Shown: piece by piece, positions 47,374-58,609 of the stretch | Numbering within the stretch: position 1 is the first letter of the stretch | Layout: the number at the start of each line of letters is the position of its first letter | Source of the DNA: Piedraia hortae CBS 480.64 | Lineage: Eukaryota | Direction: 5' to 3' | Assembly (NCBI GenBank): GCA_010093745.1 | Contig: MU005958.1 | Span: 124,001-188,000, forward strand | DNA length: 64,000 nt | The notes under the pieces: generated by a model | What the model was told of the DNA's origin: nothing | The model's database searches: none | The model's input: the letters and a program-made list of their open reading frames with translations, nothing else | Made by a program: the position numbers and the translations under genes

Positions 47374-47786
47374 TTTGATGTTTGTTTTGATATTTTACGC
47401 CGGGCGAAATGACCGCTAACGGCCATTCGCAGCCTCCCGAAGGGCATGGGGACGTGCTAAACTAGGTCTATCTACATACGTTAGGTTCCTTAGCAAGCAT
47501 CTCGAGCCTCAAAGGGCTGTTATCCAGCCGCGGTCCTCCTCCGCATTGCGAGGATAGCCTGCGGCCTGTGTTTCCCATAGATGTTGCTCAGCCGCGCGGA
47601 CAGATTTCTCGAAAGAAACCTGTGTTGGCAACAAACGCGGCAAAGTCTGTGGGCCTTCTGACCAGGTCGGCAAGATACTTCTTCCGCCCTTCGAAATCCA
47701 GCATCCGCCTCGGTCCATCCCAGAACCAAGGCCAGACTCGCCACTGGCGAACAACACGCGGGCAATGCACTAAGTGCTCAGGGGCT
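47374..47786 (-). mobile_element. 5'-truncated Tad1-like LINE copy A (ORF2 end plus 3' UTR)
   Basis: Near-identical to 49095-49490 and 53435-53860. Ends GGCGTAAAAYATCAAA tail. Confidence 0.9.
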
Positions 47787-48968
47787 TGTAATCATTCTAA
47801 CTTTTCACTTTAGCCATCGTGAGTCTTCCCTCCGACAGTTATGAGTTCTTACCAAAGGTCTAGTCCGCTGATGAACGATCATTTATTTGTGTTTGTCTTT
47901 CAGGGCTAGACATACAATCCTCGATCAATACATCGCTAGATCATCGTCTGCACAGTGGGAATGTGTCACTTGCGCTGCCAATCGAAGAAGGGAGCCAGTG
48001 ATGCACGTACATTGTTATGCCAACATCATGTCGCCGGCGCGGTGTGGTAAGAGTGTTGCAGGAAGGTCATTTCAGTAGAACACCGGGAATTCATGCGACG
48101 TCAATCGACAGCAACTGTCTATCTTTCTTGAATGCAATTTACATTTATAGCCTATAGAGTCGTGGAATTTATTCTCGCGTTCGATGTGAGAAACTATTCG
48201 GTGGGGAAAGGTTTTTGAGCTGACGCATTAAGTTTACATAGCATCAGCACGGAGTATCGCTCTCTGGTTAATTCATTTAGTGCCGCAAATCTTTCACCAC
48301 ATCTTGGTGAAGACTTATGTTTTGGAGCTTTAAACCAGATCGTTGATTGATTGCATAGAAGAGCTAATTTCCGGAAGAACCGTATGCTATAAGGTACCAG
48401 TGAGTGGTCGGCGATGAGGTCTACCTGTACGTGGTGCTGGCTACGGATCTGTCTATGCTTAGGCATTTGACAGAGTCAAGAGGCCTCAACAGGTGAGGTT
48501 CGCGCTGTGGCCGTTCAGCCCCGCGGGAAGAAGTTCTCAAAAATCGTGGGCGGGTGAGAGAGTGTTGTGATGAGGACAGCTGGCATTCCTTTCCACGAAT
48601 AGACGAATGATTACAGCAATGTGAGTTAACACTTTGCTGAAATTGTGTAATTCCGACTCACTACATCAACCCTTTCTCCAGTATATATAGCACGCACCAA
48701 TCTCTTGGAGAGACCACGGTCAATCCTCCAGAACGGCTCCGCCATAATAAATGTACATACCTTTGTTCTTGTCCTTGTTCGCACACCTGGCGCGGCTCCA
48801 TATTTCTGGCCTTCTGGATGATTTTTGCATTAATGAGCAGCGCCCCTTTTTCCTCACGACCGTCCTCTGCCCTCACTCACCTGCTACATCCGGCGAAATT
48901 TCCAATTCTTGTCTACCTTCCCAAATGATGGTGAATGAGCGGTTACCGGTGATGACATATCGTACGGC

Positions 48969-49490
48969 CTGGGACGCCCGATCCTTCAGCGCCTTCTGGC
49001 GCTGAGAACGGGATACGGAGACTTCGCGGCATACCATCGCCGCTTCCATCACAACAACGTAGTTCTCAACTGCAGGTGCGGCCGACCAAAGGCCCCTCAG
49101 CACTTAGTGAATTGCCCGCGCGTTGTTCGCCAGTGGCGAGTCTGGCCTTGGTTCTGGGATGGACCGAGGCGGATGCTGGATTTCGAAGGGCGGAAGAAGT
49201 ATCTTGCCGACCTGGTCAGAAGGCCCACAGACTTTGCCGCGTTTGTTGCCAACACAGGTTTCTTTCGAGAAATCTGTCCGCGCGGCTGAGCAACATCTAT
49301 GGGAAACACAGGCCGCAGGCTATCCTCGCAATGCGGAGGAGGACCGCGGCTGGATAACAGCCCTTTGAGGCTCGAGATGCTTGCTAAGGAACCTAACGTA
49401 TGTAGGTAGACCTAGTTTAGCACGTCCCCATGCCCTTCGGGAGGCTGCGAATGGCCGTCAGCGGTCATCTCGCCCGGCGTAAAACATCAA
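48969..49490 (+). mobile_element. 5'-truncated Tad1-like LINE copy B
   Basis: LGRPILQRLLALRTGYGDFAAYHRRFHHNN...NCRCGRP...TGFFREICPRG* followed by the 3' UTR and tail. Confidence 0.9.
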
Positions 49491-50561
49491 ATCAAACCTT
49501 GTACAATCAGTTCCAGGGCCTCACGGTGGATCGAGACACCGCATTGGAGGCGCGCAAGAGCCTGTCACAGGAGCAAGAGGAGGAGCTGGTCAAGTACATC
49601 AGCTTCATGTGTGATTGGTGCTTGCCTCTCTCGCCAGACACGGGTCGCACCTTAATCTCAAGATTTCCAGCATTGCATCACCCACAAGATTCTAGTGGCT
49701 TTTTAACCCCCCTTCCCCTCCCACGCAACCCACCGTCTTCAGCCCCTGGATGTGGGTTTGTTCTCTCCTCTGGGAAACTACTACAGCCAGGAGTTGAATA
49801 GCTTCACGAATATGTCGCTGGGGCAAACAAAGACGAGGAGTTTCTTTGGTGTCTTTTGGCCTGCCTTTGAGAAGGCCTTCACCAAGGAGAATGTACCGTT
49901 GGCATGGAGGAAAACGGGCATCTTCCCCTTCGATCCAGAAGTTGCCCTAAGCAAGCTGCCTGCTGCTCGACCTTTGGCGGCCCAGATCAGTGCAGAGCTA
50001 GGCACATCCACAAGACAACTACGCTTAAAAGTGGGAATGGTCTTCCGACAGGCAGATCCTGAAACTCGGAAGGCGCTACAGGAAATGAGCCAAATTGCTC
50101 TGAACACAGCCGCAAGATTGACGCTGGTGGAGCATAGATGCTCCAGTCTTGAGAAATCTTTTGCACTGGAGCGGAGGAAGAGGAAGCGCATGTCCAGATT
50201 AATGCAGCGGATTAGGGGTATGGAAGGGTATGGAAGGGCGCTATTTGTTGACACTGGGGTCCTTCAGAAGGCTCGGGAGTTGGAGCAGCAGCAGGCAGAT
50301 GCGAAGGAGCGAGAGGAACAAGAGTAAGCGCAGCGGGCGCATGAAAGGGCGGAGGCCAAGCCGTTGAAGGCTGCGGAGACGTTGCGGAAGCGACAGCAGC
50401 GGCAATCCGTTAAAGACGCCCGTATGGCAGCAAAGGCACGGAAGAAGGCCAAAGTCGCGGCGAGGAAAGCCGCCCATCGCAAGGACGATGACGACGACGA
50501 CTACGTTGAGGAGTGGCAACCCAGGAGATCCACGAGGCAGGCGATCGGTAAGAACAACTAG
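49491..50561 (+). mobile_element. Internally deleted pogo/Fot1 transposase remnant
   Basis: HTH region TLYNQFQG...LSQEQEEELVKYI, then QPLDVGLFSPL...FFGVFWPAFEKAFTKENV..AWRKTGIFPFDPE and a basic C-terminal tail. Confidence 0.85.
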
Positions 50562-51399
50562 CTTTGTATCAATAAGTAGGCTGTATTGATGTATTCCTAT
50601 CCGTGTAGCGCACAAGCGGTTGAACGTCGAGTTGGCGTGTCCTTGGGCGTGGGGAAAGGTCTGTCCAGCGCTCCCCCCGCGAAAGCCCGCTCGAAACCTC
50701 TCAAACTCGCCGACTTTCGAGCGATGTAGCGCGACACCTGAACGTCTCAGACACTTGATGATTGATTTAAACAAAAGTCCATACCTTTAAATCTATATTC
50801 CACTGCTTTCCATGTTAGTACTAGAAGGGCTATTGCTCGAAATCTTGCGGGTTTCTAGGGCCATTATGGGTCGAAACAAAACCGACTACATAACAAGCGA
50901 AACAGGACACTAACCATGCAAATTGCATAAAATCTGAGTCTTTACAATCCAAGCTATCGTATGAGACCGCTCACGACTGCTTGCGGCAATTATACGTTGT
51001 GTTAGGTCGATTCAAAGCTGAAAGCGACGTCGCGAATTCGGCCCGCCAACTTTGAACGAACAGGATACAGCGACCCGACCTCGCGCATGCCTGAGACAAA
51101 GTGCACTAGAAATGCGAGACCTCAAATAGTACGTTCATGGGCGTAAAGTATGTAAAAGATGCTAGCTGGTGCTGTACTGGCGTCATCTCTGCAATGGTGC
51201 CATTTGACATAAATCGCAGTATAGCGATCGCGGAAGGGAACATGAACCTACAAAACCTGAACCATACGAATCCTTAGGGCATGCGCTTTCGAAAAGTCCA
51301 ACCTATAGCTGTGTACCATTGTTGTGCGTGATGCTATTCAAGTTTGAAGTGGTGATCAAAAGTGCACGCAGTGGGGATGTGTACTCGGCGGGGAATACA

Positions 51400-53420
51400 T
51401 CTATGTCATGGCTGAATGACGCGACCAGATCCATGGCAGACCGTCTGGGGAGGGCTCCGCAGTGCTGCGCACTGATTACTCCTGTCCGTAGGGCGATCCA
51501 CGCCACTCTCCTCGCTACCAAACGCTCCAGTCCTTTGTCAAGGCATGACAGAAGTGCTATAGGCCGCCATGAGCGCGGCGACGACTTGTCCTTCTTGCCT
51601 GGCTTGGGTATCAAGACGACGTCAGCTGTATTTCATTGTGAGGGAGCGTGCGACAGCCGGAGGCAAGCGTTGGCCAAGGCTAACAACCACAGCTTCACAG
51701 GCTCCCAACATGCTCTCAGCAGTCGGACCGTGATGGCGTCCGTCCCGGGAGACGTACTCCTTGGTTCGATAGTCGCTTTCTCTAGATCTTCCATGCTCAC
51801 GGTCGTGGACCATTTAAGCTCGGGATCTCTGTCTGCTTCGGTCTAAGTCTCCAGCGGGTCAGCGTCCAAGTCGTCGTCGGCTGAGAACCGTTCCAGAACG
51901 TGCTGCCGGAGTGTCTCCGCCTTCTCCAGTGTGTCCTCTATCGAGCGTACGTCGATGACCAGGAGGGGGTGCTTTGAGCTTCGGCTCCAGCTTATGCCAA
52001 GCTACAACCTTGTACAGCTTTGTGTCTGAGTCGATATTTTCCACAAGCTTCCTCCAGTGTTCTCGTTTGGCTTTGCGGACTTCTGTGCAGAAGGCCCGGT
52101 ATTCTGCACGATCGGCAGGCGTTCGGGCGTGTTGCCGTGCTCTTTTTCATTCCACGAGCGCACTTTTGCACGCGTCCGTCCACCAAAGTGCGTTTCGTGC
52201 GGTCTCTCTCGCTGGCTGTCCAGCACCATTCACAACCGCATCCCAGATCTCTTGGAACACCTGCAGTTATCTGTCAATATCGACCAAGGTGCGTATGTCA
52301 GTCGTGGCGTTCATGCTCTGTGTAATTATCTCTGTAAACATTGGGAGAGCATGCCGCTGTTGTCCGACCAGCGAGCCAGTCGCTCCCCTCCTTCTTCACT
52401 GGCTAGCAGTAGCTATTCAAACTCAGGGTTTTCGCAATGAAGTCCCCAGCTATCACACTGTTCCGGGGTATCTTCTCGAGATCAATCAAGTCATCGAGCA
52501 TGGTAATGTCTCTCGGGCATCGGTATATGTTGAGTAAAGCCTATCCGTTGACGATGAGCCAGAGTAAGTCTCGTGACTCTGTTGGTCTTCGTTGTTGAGC
52601 CTGCAATTTTGACCCTTTACATACGTATGTTAGCACTCTCGGTCGGCTTTGCTCATCAGACCAGCTGTCGACGGGAGCGTAAAGAGTGTATGCAAGGTGG
52701 TTTTGTGTCCTTGGTCCTTAGAGAGTCCAAGGCTCTTGGAGGAGGATGACGTCTACGCTGGCCTGGTGGCACGCCTGGAGCAGGACAGCGTGTTTTACAG
52801 GGGAATGGTAGACGTTGCAGCAGGCGCCGCTTGCTATGTCCACCCTTGGCGGTAGCCGGTATCGACGCCGGCGCGTTCCCCGCCCGGCCCTCCCTAACAT
52901 TGGGAAAGCTCGGAGCTGTCTAGGGCCGCGAGGGCCGCAAATGGATTTGTACCGACAGGTGACTCTTGCGTTTTAGTGAGCTCCGGGGTCGGTCTGCTAG
53001 TGCGCTGGCTGGACGCGGGAGTCGACGGCGATGTTGTTGACTGTGGGTTCGCGCGTTCGTACTGCTTCCCGCCAACCTGCCTAACCCCCGGTGCAGTTCC
53101 TCCCTCGTGGGGGTCATCATACGGCCGTTCACTTGCCTCAGGGCAGCCGGACAGCCCTGGTGGCCATCCGGGAACGACCCTTTGCACTTAATGCACTGTG
53201 AGGGTTTCTCGCACACTGCAGAGGCGTGACGGCGCAGTTCCTCGTCGCAGTTCCTCGCCGCAGTTTTGGCACTTTGGATCGTGTTGGCAATGCCTTGCCA
53301 CGCAGTAACGCTGATATCCGGGATCGTGTAGGGCGACTTGATCCTTTTTCTGGATTCGCGAGGACCACTCACCGATATTAAAAAGTCGGAATCGAGGGAC
53401 TGGCTCCAAAAAGGAGACGA
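51400..53420 (-). mobile_element. Decayed Tad1-like LINE body (gag Cys knuckles, APE endonuclease, RT N-terminus)
   Basis: PKCQNCGE / QCIKCKG in gag, VDVILLQEPW and RPRVLTYV in the endonuclease, SPGTDAIT and IPKPGK...WRPIALLSCLDKGLERLVARR in the RT. Confidence 0.88.
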
Positions 53421-53426
53421 TCCAGG

Positions 53427-54345
53427 TGATGATGATGATTTGATGTTTTACGCCGGGCGAAATGACCGCTAACGGCCATTCGCAGCCTCCCGAAGGGCAT
53501 GGGGACGTGCTAAGCTAGGTCTACCTACATACGTTAGGTTCCTTAGCAAGCATCTCGAGCCTCAAAGGGCTGTTATCCAGCCGCGGTCCTCCTCCGCATT
53601 GCGAGGATANNNNNNNNNNNNNNNNNNNNNNNNNNNNNNNNNNNNNNNNNNNNNNNNNNNNNNNNNNNNNNNNNNNNNNNNNNNNNNNNNNNNNNNNNNN
53701 NNNNNNNNNNNNNNNNNNNNNNNNNNNNNNNNNNNNNNNNNNNNACCAGGTCGGCAAGATACTTCTTCCGCCCTTCGAAATCCAGCATCCGCCTCGGTCC
53801 ATCCCAGAACCAAGGCCAGACTCGCCACTGGCGAACAACGCGCGGGCAATGCACCAAGTGCTCAGAGGCCTTTGGTCGGCCGCACCTGCAGTTGAGAACT
53901 GCGTTGTCGTGATGGAAGCGGCGATGGTATGCCGCAAAGTCTCCGTGTCCCGTTCTCAGCACCAGAAGGCGCTGAAGGATCGGGCGTCCCAGGTGGAGTT
54001 CGGCGTTCTCCCGCACCGCATACGGGAGTCGCCAGGACTTGTAAAGGTCAGAGAGGGTCGCTTCCAGCTCCCGCCAGTGCTGTCTCTCTATGTCGTCCAG
54101 AATCTTCTTGGCCTCGGACTTGATGCCAGCGGCCGTTGGTCCAGCCTCCGGGTCCAGATCGCCCTTGCTGCCGTCCTTTGCTAGTTCGTCTGCGGTCTCG
54201 TTGCCCTGGACGTCGCAATGTCCTGGACACCACTTGATTTCGACGTCGTGCGCATCGGCAACTTGGTGAAACGCTTGAAACGCCCAGTGGGACGAGATAG
54301 AGGCATCCGCACGTAAACACCAGATGACGGCTGTGTTGTCGACCC
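53427..54345 (-). mobile_element. 5'-truncated Tad1-like LINE copy C (RNase H, C-terminal knuckle, 3' UTR, (ATC)n tail); contains N gap 53610-53744
   Basis: DNTAVI...KWCPGHCDVQGNETADELAK...RTGHGDFAAYHRRF...CRCG...EHLVHC. Confidence 0.92.
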
Positions 54346-55917
54346 GAAGTGGACCTGGTTCAGGCAGGGCATCCCTTTCATGCTGCCGCTCTTCCTGGGG
54401 CCGAACACAGCTACAGTTGTGAGTGTCCCACTGTTTTCCCTTACTGTAGTTACGTGCTAAATCACTGCGAGAGACGCAAGACGTCACGCTGCTGATCGTA
54501 TTGATGGAAGCGTCACCAAACCCTGATTTAGGCGTTACCTGTTGGCCTCGCCGGCGATGAACGGATAGACCAGCCTACATCTCGCTAGAAGCAGGAGATT
54601 GCTGTCGGTGTGTTCATCCAGGTTATTTTAATCTTCCCAACTTGAAACTAGGTCTGTAGAGAAACGTGTTGGAGGTTAAAGGGCAAAACACAGAAGCACT
54701 GCACTGCAACACTGCCAGTGACATTGGTGGCTCTCGCTCTACGGCGTGAATTCGCCCCAAAAGTTACTTTCCATCAGGTCTGTCAGATCATTGTAAAATG
54801 AGCTTTAGCTATCACATCATTGTTGTCACCTCGTTCGCATCACGGAACGTAAGCACCGATGCGAGATGTCTAGTTTAACTTGATCAATGGTCAGCGCCCT
54901 GAATGAAAGCCGGACTAGACCTTTGCGGCCACACGATTCATAGTACTTGTTGTACCTAGAAGAGCCAAGAGGCTGGGCGGGAGAGTCATCACGCGTCGCT
55001 GCTTCTCTGCTCTATCAAAAAAGTGACCTTGGGCCATCGGCTTCCGGTCAGTAGGGTGATTTTTGGACAAGACTGCTAAGTGGTGAGTGCACCGCGAAGA
55101 CAGCGCTACATCGTCGCCCCAACGACATCATCGTTAGTTAATACTCAATGCCATGCGATGAGATATTTTCGGGCCATGGCGCGCAAGGCGCACGAGCGGT
55201 TGGTATTAGTGCGGGATTGCAAAGTTGCCACACGGCCAGTGGGCTTCCAACAATAAAATGTTAATTCTGGGACACTTTCTGCTTGATGGAAATGGCACAC
55301 ATCAGGACGTAAAAATATTCTTAATCAAGTTATCTGTTAGTATGATTCTTTGATGTCGTGTTCGTGGTGTTGCCAATTACCCTCGTGCTAGCTAGTCTAT
55401 GTTGTCGCACGGAGGTTGTCGGCGACCGCGCTGCTCAAAAGACCCGAAGATCAAACAGGCATGTCAACAGGCAATGGCTGGCGACAAGGTCTACTTGTAT
55501 GTTGTGCCGGCAACGAACCTGTCTATGCTACGGCATTTGGTAGAGCCAAGAGAGCTCCACAGTGGTGAGTGTTGCGTTAAGGCAGCCGCACTACCTCAAT
55601 GCCACATCGACAGCGACGGTCAAGTCCTATGCCGCCCTGCGGACAGAATACCTTCTCCGAGCCTGGGCCCGCCCGGGCGCTCGATGTAAACAGAGCATGG
55701 AGGAGTATCCTTCGCTTTCCCCTCACTGAGGAGTTTTCCCTACGATTCGTACGATTCGTGCGGTGCGTGCTCTCGAGGCCACCATACGGTGAATGCGCTT
55801 TTATCGAAGACAAGATAGGACAAGGCTGAGACACTCCTCGATCGGAGGAGGGGGAGAAGTTATTGAGAGAGTCCTATGGGAATGGATTTGCTGGCTGAGT
55901 TGGGTTTTGCTATAATT

Positions 55918-55999
55918 TCCTAGCCTAGCACGCCTGATGCCCCACGGGTGGTCTTACGTGTCCGTTTCCGCCCTGGCGTTAAAAAAACAACGACAACAA
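55918..55999 (+). mobile_element. 3' end of a related, diverged LINE family
   Basis: Shares CCTAGnnTAGCACG, ATGCCCnnCGGGnGG and CGCCC(T)GGCGT(T)AAA with copies A-D. A/CAA tail. Confidence 0.55.
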
Positions 56000-56134
56000 T
56001 ATCGTCAACAGACAACTCTTTATCTCCACGTTATTAATCAACGTTTTCCAGAATCAAACAGACGATCAGAATGAAAATCTACAACTTCCTTCAAGTTATA
56101 TCCAAAATGTACTTTTTCTTACTCAAACACGAAG

Positions 56135-56217
56135 NNNNNNNNNNNNNNNNNNNNNNNNNGCCCTTCGGGAGGCTGCGAATGGCCGTTAGCGGTCATTTCG
56201 CCCGGCGTAAACCATCA
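56135..56217 (+). mobile_element. LINE copy D: only the 3' tip is visible after an N gap; flanked by a 10-bp TSD
   Basis: AAACACGAAG at 56125-56134 and 56218-56227. Confidence 0.85.
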
Positions 56218-56227
56218 AAACACGAAG

Positions 56228-57032
56228 ACCCAGCCCAGAGAAAAGTATAGCCAAAAAGCAGCAGAAGAATCCGCCGGACCGCAACATTGTCGCAGCGGAG
56301 CTTACCAATGTCGCCGCGCTTGCAGGCGAAGAAGCACTTGTGGCTTTACCGGTGTTACCAGCACCAGTATCACTGCTTCCCGTATCGGAGGCAGATTGTC
56401 CGTCGTTGATACTGGTTGCTTCGGTGGTGCTGATAGCGGAGGCATCGCTCCCATCAACTGTGGCAGTCGCCCTTCGGTATCGGTTTCTGTAGCATCCCTG
56501 CTTCCAGAGCCAGTAGCGCTCGTTGCCGTCGCAGTTCCCCCCGTAATCGTCGAACTCGCATCCATAACCCCTTCCCTACCAACCACAATCTGCGTCGGCA
56601 TCGACGTCGTCGTCGTTTGACAATGTAAAGTAAATAGGTGTACCAGTCGTCGACGTCGACAAAGTGAAATAAACGGGCACACCAATTGTACTCGCCGTTA
56701 CCTTCTCCACATTAACACACTGCATCGCCTACAACGCATCAGCCCCTATTCAACGCAAAAAGAAAACTGAACCCACCGAACTTACAAACCTTCCCAAACT
56801 TTTGCAACGCCTAGTCTGTATTCCCCCAGCAATTCGCACAGATGTGCGCCTCTTTGGTATCAAGGCCGGATTTGCAGACCGCTTTGGGGCTGGGGTGTTG
56901 TTGTGCGGTTTTTCGTTAGTTTTTCCATGATGGTATGGAGGGGGGATCGTGGTACTTTATCGCTGCGAGGAAGCAGGCGGGTGGGGTTGCTGCTAGAGCG
57001 CCGGTGATGAGGAGACTTGTAAGGAGATGCAT
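56228..57032 (-). pseudogene. GPI-anchored/cell-wall protein pseudogene
   Basis: MHLLTSLLITGALA-ATPPACFLAAI, intron, KAVC...ICANC...TD* (TAG 56811-56813), a Ser/Thr-rich stalk with frameshifts and a hydrophobic C-terminus. Confidence 0.65.
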
Positions 57033-57326
57033 TCTGTGTTAGTTGGATGGGTGATTTTGTTTGAGGGGTGGAATGTAAATAGCGCTCGCGTTGATTGGAA
57101 TGTAATAGATGATTGGGATGGAGGGCGTCGTGGGCTTGACGCCTGTCAATGCACGCGTTTTTTGGGTTAGGTGGGTTAAATAAACTTAAAGGTTTATGGT
57201 GGATTCTCGTGATGTGCGTTGGCAGGCATGACACTTCTCAAAGTCTGGTGTGTGAGGGAACTTTTTATGGAGACGTCAGAGATACGAAACCTCCCATTCG
57301 CAATTTAGAGATACTGTGCACCCACC

Positions 57327-57950
57327 TTACTTCTCTGAAGAGAAGTCAGATAGTAAAGACATTGCGCAAGAACGAGAGGCTAAGACTCGTTGATCATTAC
57401 GCGTCTTCCTTTCATAGTTCGATAGTTGTATTTCCATTCTGAAGCTCGAGTACCCTATCACACGGCAAAACGACCCATTTTCAAGTCTCATGTCACCATA
57501 ACTTGGCCCACGATACTCCAATTTTCCGTGTATGTAGTGCTACAGAGATAGAACATCTAGGTCATGGTTTGAAATGGTAAAACTTCGTGATGCTCCTGTC
57601 AGCAATAATGGCCGAGAGACATGTTGACATTGCAGAGCGCCATTTGTTAATCGAATTCTGCAAAAGACCCACCAGTGACGCCTTCTTCGACAAGGCATTT
57701 GATCCCATGTGGTTGTTTCCTTACTGGCGGCTTTGAATGTTACCAAGCGTTCTCAATTAGGGACAGATCTGGGAAACCGGAGCAATTGAATCGATTTTGA
57801 AGCCATGACTGCATTTTGTTTGCTGAACATTACCGTCTCTGTCCGCAGAGACTCCGTATGCAGAGTTTTGATCTTCTTGCAGCACGAAATCGGCATACTT
57901 TGGGCATGTTTAAAGACTCTCACCAAAACCTCGCTTATTAGGCTATACAT
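57327..57950 (-). pseudogene. Possible decayed gene with an F-box-like N-terminus
   Basis: Three ORFs (57753-57950, 57540-57746, 57327-57521) in one frame separated by single stops. SLISEVLVRVFKH is F-box-like. Confidence 0.3.
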
Positions 57951-58609
57951 TGAATGGAACGACGCAAGAAAGAGCGCATCAGAATCTGTGGCTGCTGCTC
58001 TACCTACTGAGCTTTGTTTTCAGCGTGTGGCTGCTATTTGGGTGGAGTTATCGCATGTTAAATATTTATGGTTGTCGCGCGACACGAAGGACGTTAATTT
58101 TGTCCACTGCGTGCTTATACTGCTGAATATTCTCGAACATTGTTCAGTTGGATCGGGCCGGTGGTACTGAGGAGGCGATACACACATCTCATCATCACAT
58201 CTAAGCCTCGGTGTTCATACCCCCGTTCTCCGACTCACAAAAGCTGTCATCCCAATTTCCGGATCAAACCACCCTAGCAAACGTCCACAAAATTACCCCA
58301 ACAACATTCGGTTCACATCATCTAATAATCCAAACTCCGACCCAACTCTAATCCTAACCTACACCAGTCCTGGTTTCCGGGCCGTTCGTTTCCTGTGGCG
58401 CAACTGAAATGAAATAAATCGGACCTTTTATAATCTCCTATACCGAAGCCTATACAAAAGTTTTGGAAATTGTCCGACTGAAATGGTTAAAAAAATGATG
58501 TGTACAATTTCCCTCCTCCCTATCCCAATGCAAAAAACTTGTGTTATGCAGCTCATGATTTCAACTTATTCCTGTCCCGAGTCTAGAAAAGATAAAAAGG
58601 TCGTTGCGC

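Noticed and set aside
58348..58361. Interstitial telomere repeat
   Set aside because: Only two imperfect CCTAA units.
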